Of a stretch of 64,000 bases of DNA, positions 55,047 through 64,000 are shown one piece after another; position 1 is the first letter of the stretch; each line of letters opens with the position of its first letter. A model generated the notes under the pieces. The model made no database searches. It had not been told where the DNA came from and was given only the letters and a program-made list of their open reading frames with translations. The position numbers were made by a program, and so were the translations under genes. Source of the stretch: Octopus sinensis (Eukaryota); NCBI RefSeq assembly GCF_006345805.1, contig NC_043002.1, positions 40,982,001 through 41,046,000 of the forward strand, given 5' to 3'.

Positions 55047-55259
55047 CGAGAAGGTGCTGAAAAATTTCTAGCTTTTAGGGTGTCGCAAGAGGTCTGGTTG
55101 GAGGCTCAAACTACCGAGTTCTTTTATAGGGCTTAGGTAAATGGAAGGACCGCTGCAATAAGTGTATGAATCTGAGAGGGAAATATGCTGAATAAAATCA
55201 TAACTGATCCTCTTGTATTTTCTTTTACCCAAAGCCAGGTACTTTTCAGCACCGCTCCG
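55047..55259. mobile_element. Tc1/mariner-type MITE
   Basis: TA|CGAGAAGGTGCTGAAAAATTTCTAGCTTT ... AAAGCCAGGTACTTTTCAGCACC. Confidence 0.7.
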
Positions 55260-55355
55260 TGTATATCTATGTTCATTCTATGACATCCTGTTCCCATATA
55301 TGCATATGTATATACAGATATATGTAAGTATGTACATATATGTAAGTATATATGC

Positions 55356-55439
<84 letters not shown>

Positions 55440-56084
55440 ATATATATATATATATATACACATACATATATATATATTGCTCAAATGAACACAAAACAAG
55501 ACAGAAACAGGTGTATTAGTTTGACGCTCAGGAAAAATGGAAATGTCTTTGACGTTTCGAGCCTATGCTCTTTGACAGACAGGAATGAGGAAAAAAAAAC
55601 GGAAATAAAAAGTATATATGCATGTATGATGTATGTATGTATGTATGTATGTATGTATGTATGTATGTATGTATGTATGTATGTACGTATTTATGTATCT
55701 ACGTGTGTATGTATGTATGTACACACACATACACACTCACTCACACACACATGTGTACAGCCTTTCCTTAAATAAATATATTATAAAATATTCACGTTTG
55801 TTCATGTCTACAATATACACCATGATCTTATACCGAAGATTATGACGACCATGAAAATCAACTCAACCCAACTTACACAACAATAGTGATCCAGCACAGA
55901 GAAACTATCTTAGTGCAATATTCCATAACATTGCGATAAACGTATTAGCTACATATGTCCATGAATATAGAGGATCAAGTTAGCGGCTAAATTGTACGGC
56001 TATCCTTGACTCTATTCCTTGAAAGGTCATCGGACTGATTGGTATGGAAACCTACAGCCGGACAAGCTGTCTCCCTACTCTTCG

Positions 56085-56223
56085 CTTCTTCTTCTTCTTC
56101 TTCTTCTTCTTCTTCTTCTTCTTCTTCTTCTTCTTCTTCTTCTTCTTCTTCTTCTTCTTCTTCTTCTTCTTCTTCTTCTTCTTCTTCTTCTTCTTCTTCT
56201 TCTTCTTCTTCTTCTTCTTCTTC
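56085..56223. repeat. (TTC)n microsatellite
   Basis: Direct reading. Confidence 0.98.
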
Positions 56224-56246
56224 GTTATCACGAACTTCTCCTTTTC

Positions 56247-56277
<31 letters not shown>

Positions 56278-56280
<3 letters not shown>

Positions 56281-56835
56281 GCCCTGATGCAGTACCAGGC
56301 AGTGGCTCTCATGGCTTCTGATCTTAACTGATTGGAAGTGTTATCATGTACATTGTTTTGTCTTGGTATAAAAGATGGGCTACAGCAAATATTCTGCTCA
56401 ATACCACAGATTTGCTTGTCAGTTGTTTGACCTTAACCAGTTGAGCATGTCCCTTAGTGGCTGACGATATGTGCATCTCTGATCACGAGCAGAAGTAGTG
56501 GGGGAGCATCATAGCCATGTGTTGAGAAGGATTCTTTGGGGTTTGAATAATTCACCTCTGGAAACATGTGTGTTTCGTTCAACGTCCTTAAACAACCCTT
56601 ATTCAGGGACCTTTTGAGCGGGATGGGTTACTCGATCTGAAGAAAATTCTAACTGGGCTCCACCTGCAAGGTCATGTGCTGTTTATCTTGATATGAGATC
56701 ATCATGTCGCGCACATATGGTTGTGATGCATGTGCCTGGTGTACCCTTATCAGACGGGTAGTCATGATGGGTATACTGGGCTTCGTATATTTTACCCCAG
56801 TGTCACTTTGATGGCATGCTCTGCTCGCTCACTCA
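56278..56835 (+). mobile_element. Non-coding element of about 560 bp inserted in (AAT)n
   Basis: Higher-GC block flanked on both sides by (AAT)n, no convincing ORF or TIR. Confidence 0.5.
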
Positions 56836-56954
56836 ATAATAATAATAATAATAATTACAACATCGAAAAATACCCAGGATCGAAATTTTCCCAACACAAC
56901 AAAAACAGTATAAATAGCAATAATAATAATCCTTTATCAATTATTATTATGCTT

Positions 56955-56986
<32 letters not shown>

Positions 56987-56999
56987 ATCATCATCATCA

Positions 57000-57063
<64 letters not shown>

Positions 57064-58474
57064 GGCTACTAAAAGAAATGCTGATTGCAACCTTCTTTAA
57101 TGTCTTAATTATCAATACCATACGCTAATAGTATCTTTTTCAATTCACCTCAACTATTGAAAAAAAAAAAAAAAAACTTCACCGATCACTCATTAATCAG
57201 TATCCCTGATCGGGTGAAAGACATTTTCAGAAATCAATAACCGCTAAATTATTCTACCTTTCATGAAGTCTGTCTGGATATTTTCAGTAATACTGTTACA
57301 GGAATATTTTCAATAATGCATTATTGACGGACTATTTATTAGAACGAGACACAAACTAAGATAAATGTGTGCCGAACTGGAAGTCTTTCTTTCTTTATTG
57401 CTCTTAATCTTAACCCTTTTATTTTTTTATATTCTGTGTCATTTTTATCGATAAAAACATGACATTTGCCTTATCGATATTTAACGGCAACAGCTATTTT
57501 AGACTCTCTCTCTCTCTCTTTCGCTTCCTCCTTCTCTTATATTTGCTGCCGTTGTCAATTGCTGCATGGAGTAAACAGTCGCCATTTGCATTTTTACAAA
57601 TGGCAAATAGTCGTTAGGTTTTAAGCTTACGAAAATGGAATGTAAATGATCCTTAAGACACATGGACTTTGGAGAGGACGCCAGCTTATTTCAGGTAACA
57701 TTCTTAACCTGGCATCTTGGTTGTCTTCAGTGGAATTTACTCTGCTACAAGGGATTTCGTGACAGATCTCTGATTTGAGAATAATTTCCTGCTTTGCTCC
57801 CCATCCGCCACTCTTGGAGTCCATGAAAAAAGTTATACTTATTGTGCTTCTTTCTCTAAGCCGTTAAGAAATAAAACAAGGCAAAACAATTTGGTGAGTA
57901 GAGATGACGTTCAATTACGAATCCTACCTTGAAACAAAAAATTCCCACATGTAATATGAAATCACAAAATAGATTAGGTGGCTCTGTATGCGATTAGTTA
58001 TGGTTTCATTGTGTTAAATGGATGGGAAGACATCCTTTTCTTCAATTTCTTATAGTAGGGATCCCCAACAACTGTACCTGGTCGTTCATCATTTGGTACT
58101 GGGCCGCACAGAAAGAATAAATTTTAAAATTTAATTTCTCTTTTATGGACTGTTGCAGACTCCAGGGTGTTTTGGCATTATATATATGTATTATATATGG
58201 TATATATATGCGTTATATATGCAATAATTAAATGATATATTATGCACTTTATTGTTTTGCTAAACGCATGATAATCCCGGTCTGTGGAAAAAACGTCTTG
58301 CACGAAACCGGCATTTGGTACAAAAGAAAGGTTGGGGACTGCTGTCTTATACGATACCATTCTATCTCAGATAGCATACCCAGATTATAATCACCATTCC
58401 TGAAAGTGAAATAAATCTGAGGTACATAAACTTCAGTATACTTTCTGATATATAACGAAAAGTTTGGAGGAACC

Positions 58475-58742
58475 AATTGAGACGGTTCAACAAATGGTCA
58501 TGGAAAACCGTCGTGTAACAATCCAGGAAATTGCTCACAAAGTGGGAATAAGCACAGGATCAGTACATTCCATTTTAACGGAGAATTGTGCATGTCAAGA
58601 GTAAAATTCGTCTCTAGGATGCTGTCGAAGAAGCAGAAACAACTTCGCATGGAAATCGCTTAGAACGTGTTGGAGTGTGCAAACCATGACCTAGACTTCA
58701 TGAGCACCATCTTCACTAGTGTTGAGACATGGGTTTATGGCC
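58475..58742 (+). mobile_element. Mariner transposase remnant
   Basis: MENRRVTIQEIAHKVGISTGSVHSIL (HTH) ... KQKQLRMEI..DFMSTIFTSVETWVYG (decayed TGDETW). Confidence 0.8.
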
Positions 58743-59299
58743 TCTGCTCGATGCATTCGGCCATCCGGTGTGAAAACGAAAATCTGACTTGCGCGCACTA
58801 CACGTCTGTACTGCAGGCGTAACAGTCGGGAAGTGACGTGGCCAACTGGCGTGAAAATTTTCACACATGCGTAGGAAGGATGGCATCACTTCTCACTGAA
58901 AGGCTTTTGCACACGTGACATTAGCTTTGGCGGGAAAATCAAGTTGGATAGTTTTTGAACACACTCCTTATAACTTACGTTAATAAAACATGTCCAGAGT
59001 TGTCACCGTAGTTAACAAACTATCAGACACATTCCCGATTGCATGTCCCCAATCAATTATTAATCAGTTTGGAATTCGGAGACATAGCCTTTACAATTCT
59101 TGGCAAGAATTATCAAGGCTAATTACTTTTCTTTTCGTTGCGGCTCTAATTATAATTGAATAGAACTTTGTTTTGATGCACAACATTAGGTATCTTATTC
59201 CCCACTTAACTGTATGTTCTTCATGTAGAAGGCGCCTCTAGAAAATATTCCCGTATGAAAGAGCCTCTTTATAAACAATATTTCTGGTATTTCCTTCAA

Positions 59300-59830
59300 A
59301 TGCAAAGTAGTCTAAATATTTTTATTACCTAAATGTAAGCATCCCACACGATGTTTTCCATCAGAAAAGTAAGCTATAGTATCAAATTCAGTTTTCAATG
59401 CGTCATTCCATTTTACCATTTTACTTTATGCGTGTGTATCTGAGAGATAAGTGGGGCTGCTTTTCTGTTTAAGTTAGAAACCTGAAGACATAGCAGGTTT
59501 TTCTTTTTCTTTTACTTTTTCTTTGTAAATAGATATATTTGGTATAACTCCAAAAATGTCATAAGGGTTCTATTTTGAGGGACGGAGGTTTCTTTTTTCG
59601 CATCTAGTTCTATTGACATGGACGAGGAAGCGAAACATTCTAGAAAGTAATTTCAGTGCAACATATCCACTAAGAGTGTAAAAGCAAGCTTTTATTCACC
59701 CTTACCTCTTTCAATTCTATGTCAAAACTGCCAAGTCAGATAGTTTGTTGATATTCCAGATATATATTTGATAGCTTTCACAGAACCACAGCACTTAGTA
59801 TTGAAGCGTTGGTCTTAAACATTTTGGACT
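59300..59830 (-). mobile_element. Highly decayed Helitron RepHel fragment
   Basis: KCCGSVKAIKYI.. (cf. HINVExCxSVKSIKYI), followed by RTLMTFLELYQ-like segment; many stops. Confidence 0.45.
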
Positions 59831-60290
59831 CGACGGAAAAAATTAATTGTAATTTCGAGCTTAATTTAGAATCTTGTTTTCAGATCCACTATCTTAAACG
59901 ATGTTAATTTTAATTAAGATGATGAGATCTAACGTCAACTTTATTAACATAAATCATGTTCCTAAACTTCATTCTTCTGTAATGGAATAAATCTTTTATT
60001 TTATATCTTTTACTTGCAGGTTTTTAAGTCGAACAAATGAACTGACACTACCTAATATTCCAAAATATTATACAACAAATCAATCTTGACACTTTAAAAA
60101 AAAATTTAATGACAATGTGTCTAAATATATAATATACTAGAATTAACATAAGTACATTTTGTAAAACATGGTACTTATTCTATCGGTTTCCAACCGCTAG
60201 ATAACGGGGACATAAACAAACCAATATCGGTTATCAAGGTGTAGTGCGAGATAAACACCATACTAACACAAAGACACACTCACACACACA

Positions 60291-60330
<40 letters not shown>

Positions 60331-60431
60331 GTATGTATGTATGCATGTATGTATATATATATATATGTATGTATATGTATATATATATATACATACATAG
60401 ATACGTACATTCATACATACATATGTGTGTA

Positions 60432-60565
<134 letters not shown>

Positions 60566-61113
60566 TTGTCTGTCTATCTATATAAATACATACACACACA
60601 CGTGTGTATGTGTGTGTGTGTATTAGTTATTAGTCAGGGTTGTAGTGTTAGTTCCGAATAGCAAATCTGTTTATCCTACTTAATGTTGATATACATTTTC
60701 GTACGCTATTGATATTTCTGTACTTTTCAACATTATAGTCTATACGAGATACTGTCTCAGACGAATACCGCAGTTTTAGGTGTCCTAATATTGCTTCCTT
60801 TGCTAATAGTTAATTTTTACCCAGGCCATCAGCTATTTGCGACATCAGTGGCTGACTAATCACTGTTTTTCTACATAAGTGTTGAGATGAAGTTTTGATA
60901 GCATATGCTAATGGTGGACACCTACTGATGATTACTCGCAGAAAACACATGATCTAACTTTTCCACCACTGGTGTTGAACATCTTTCGTGCTTTTTACCA
61001 TTATGCGTCTTTAAAATTTACTTTCCGGGTTCAGTCCCTCTGCGTTGCACATTGGGTAGGTAACCAAAGCCTTGTGAGTGGATTTGGTAGGCGGAAATTG
61101 AAAGAAGCCTGTT

Positions 61114-61173
<60 letters not shown>

Positions 61174-61221
61174 GTATGTATATACCATAGGAATGAGAAC
61201 CCAGGTTCGAAATTTCACCAA

Positions 61222-61267
61222 GACACCTGATGAAGGCTGGAGGGTATATCAGCCGAAACGTTGAGTT
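61222..61267 (+). ncRNA. Minimal type I hammerhead motif with intact CUGAUGA core
   Basis: GACAC-CTGATGA-A-GGCTG(gagggtatat)CAGCC-GAAA-CG-TT-GAGTT; follows a (CA)n/(TA)n tract. Confidence 0.7.
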
Positions 61268-62922
61268 AACAATAAACAAGATGAAGACAAATATCCGTCA
61301 GATGTTAATAATGTAAATAATATACATAATTCCTCATCTCTTAAATATCCTCTCTCTTAAATGTCCTCTACCTTGTCCACAATCTATTGGACCACTCTAT
61401 TGTCACAAAACAATAATGACCAATGATTCCACCCAATCGCTTTGCAATGATGGGTGGTAGTGGTGAGTTCAAATCGAAAGCAAATATGACACACGGGAAG
61501 GAACCCATCTACCGTCTTTAGCTGCTTAAAATTTACAGACTTTCGAAAAGCTAGCGTTGAACCAATGGAACAACTGAACGAACTGAAGGAAAAACAAAGG
61601 ACCGTCGTATTGACTGGGAAGGAAAATGGCCCAAGTTTTGGGAAAAATTTGAATGATAGATTGTTGGTGAAAAGCAACTTAGCAAATCAAAAGTTTGAGT
61701 GCGATTACCCTGAAGACGCTGAATGCTTCTCGTGTAGTCCAACACAAAAGGGTTCACTTACACTTTTGGGAGGACCAGTTTTCAGCAAATATTTTTGTTA
61801 TACTACAGTGAATATTTTATGATAGTTTTATACTTTTCTATGTTCGTGGTAAATATGTTCGTCCCATATCAGATTTTGGGCGCTGTATTTTAAATGCAGT
61901 CATTATTATTGAGGTTTCAAATTTTAGCATAGGGCCAACAGCTTCGAGGAAGGCAGTAAGACGATTGCATTGATCGCAATTTTCAACTGGTACCCCGAAA
62001 GGTTGAAAGACAAAGTCGGCTTCGGTGGAATTTGGACTCAGAACGGAAAGACGTAAGAAATGCCGCTGCTAAGCATTTCGCCCGGTATGCTAACGATTCT
62101 GCCAGTTCGCCGCCCTACATATTATTGCTTGTTTTTTTCTGACACATTTTGCTACTTCATTTGGCATCCAATCAAGAATATTATAAGTACAACTAGGGCA
62201 ACTAGAGTGTTGATTGTCCTTTCATAGTATTTGTATCCGAGTCCTGTCTGGTATATTATTATCCGCTAAGGGTGTTAGAGCCAGATGGATGTGAAGTGGG
62301 GAGGGGGAAGGACTCTTTTGGAATATTCTTTTTCCATTGGAGATAATGTTAGAATCTGTAATTCTCTCGTTTGTTCTAATTTGTTTGTCACATACCCATG
62401 ACGTAACGCATTCGTTTATCATTGGTGCTCATTTACTGACGGATAGTATCTCCAGAAACCAGTTGTGGAGAACATTGTCGAAGACTTTGGCTGACAATAC
62501 ATGCAATGATCAAATGGTTCGTTCTCCTTCTATAGTCTTCGATTATGGCTTTATTGATAAGTAATGAAATATTCCAGTCATATAAGTCTTTGCAGGATCC
62601 TTTTTGGTGTTCTGGAAATTAATTGTATTTTCCCCACGAATGCGTATTATTTGTGATATTATTACAGTTAAGTTTTGCAGGCTATAAAAACATAGAATAT
62701 GCTTCTATATTTTTGAAAGTCTTTCGGAATCTTTTGAATTGAGGATTACGCTGGTTTACCCCCTACCATTCAGGCATTGAAAACCGGCTCTTTCACTATC
62801 TCAAACATTCCTTCTAGCAATCTATGTATCTTTGTTAAATAACTCAGTCAGAAGTTTGGGATATTATCATGTTCTAGTGATTTGTTTATACATTATGAAT
62901 ATATTCTACATTAGCGCTGTTG

Positions 62923-62968
<46 letters not shown>

Positions 62969-62970
<2 letters not shown>

Positions 62971-63318
62971 TTTAGCATAGGGCCAACAGCTTCGAGGAAG
63001 GCAGTAAGACGATTGCATTGATCGCAATTTTCAACTGGTACCCCGAAAGGTTGAAAGACAAAGTCGGCTTCGGTGGAATTTGGACTCAGAACGGAAAGAC
63101 GTAAGAAATGCCGCTGCTAAGCATTTCGCCCGGTATGCTAACGATTCTGCCAGTTCGCCGCCCTACATATTATTGCTTGTTTTTTTCTGACACATTTTGC
63201 TACTTCATTTGGCATCCAATCAAGAATATTATAAGTACAACTAGGGCAACTAGAGTGTTGATTGTCCTTTCATAGTATTTGTATCCGAGTCCTGTCTGGT
63301 ATATTATTATCCGCTAAG

Positions 63319-63321
<3 letters not shown>
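62969..63321 (+). repeat. Exact 353-bp copy of 61921-62273 inside a (TA)n tract
   Basis: Base-by-base reading found no differences. Confidence 0.95.
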
Positions 63322-63359
<38 letters not shown>

Positions 63360-63742
63360 TCAAAAAAGATAGAAAAGAAAGACTCAACTGAATACCTGCA
63401 AGACATAAGTTATATCCTATTTCCGTTGATCTGACCTACCAAGATTGTCAGATGCAATATTCGTTGTTTTCAGTAATCTCGTCTGTGATGGGTCAATCAG
63501 TGCCCACATTCATCTCTAGACATATTCTGCTTCCCTTGCCCTTGGTACTGTCTTCATTTTTATTTCATTTTCACCCATTTTTTTTAATGAAGTCATTTTG
63601 GATTAAAGTTGCGCTGTTCGATATATTTAAAAAGTCACTGTCACTTTCAGGTCGACGAATTCGTTGTGTTTTGAATTTCTGGTCAGAAGCAGTTTGATTT
63701 TGTTTGGAGTAATTTTTTTTTAACTCTGTTGTAATACCGTTG

Positions 63743-63818
<76 letters not shown>

Positions 63819-64000
63819 GTCTTTGTCTGTGTGTCTGTCTATATGTCTCTTTCTCTCTCTCCCTCTCTCTCTCTCTCCTCTTAAGTTGTTTTTCGGTTTG
63901 GTTATTGATTTTATTAAACATTGAGATATCTTTTCACTTAATTCATATCTCATTTTTCCTGTATGGTTGTTTTTTCGTGTTGTTTCTATGTATGAATTTT

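Larger units (their letters stand above)
60650..63750 (-). mobile_element. Decayed R4/Dong LINE with nested SINEs, hammerhead element and duplication
   Basis: QRIRR (about 63660), DNIPNF, PEHQKGSCKD..LLINKAIIED, KRIFQ..PSP, TVDGFL (about 61500), KEAILG (about 60790), in collinear order. Confidence 0.7.

Noticed and set aside
61565-61822. 85-aa plus-strand ORF
   Set aside because: Antisense to the decayed R4/Dong LINE.
63571-63921. 116-aa minus-strand ORF
   Set aside because: (GA)n plus an R4 N-terminal remnant (QRIRR).

Overview
AT-rich, microsatellite-dense eukaryotic genomic DNA; the SINE/LINE repertoire suggests an octopus (coleoid cephalopod) genome (inference). The only host gene I can support is the 5' part of a CSTPP1 (C11orf49) orthologue on the minus strand: four coding exons at 39007-39055, 23617-23719, 18593-18723 and 11752-11836, with GT-AG sites, matching phases, and an RFX X-box in intron 1. 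The remaining exons were not found and probably lie left of the window. The rest is decayed mobile DNA (RTE, L1/Tx1 and R4/Dong LINEs, tRNA-derived SINEs, Helitrons, Tc1/mariner-type and other MITEs). The most notable unannotated signal is several mutually dissimilar short non-coding elements sitting in (TA)n tracts that carry minimal type I hammerhead-ribozyme motifs (Penelope/retrozyme-like), some as inverted pairs. (TA)n tracts also hold templated local duplications, including an exact 353-bp copy. All calls are by eye; no alignments, folding or database searches were run, and repeat boundaries are approximate.
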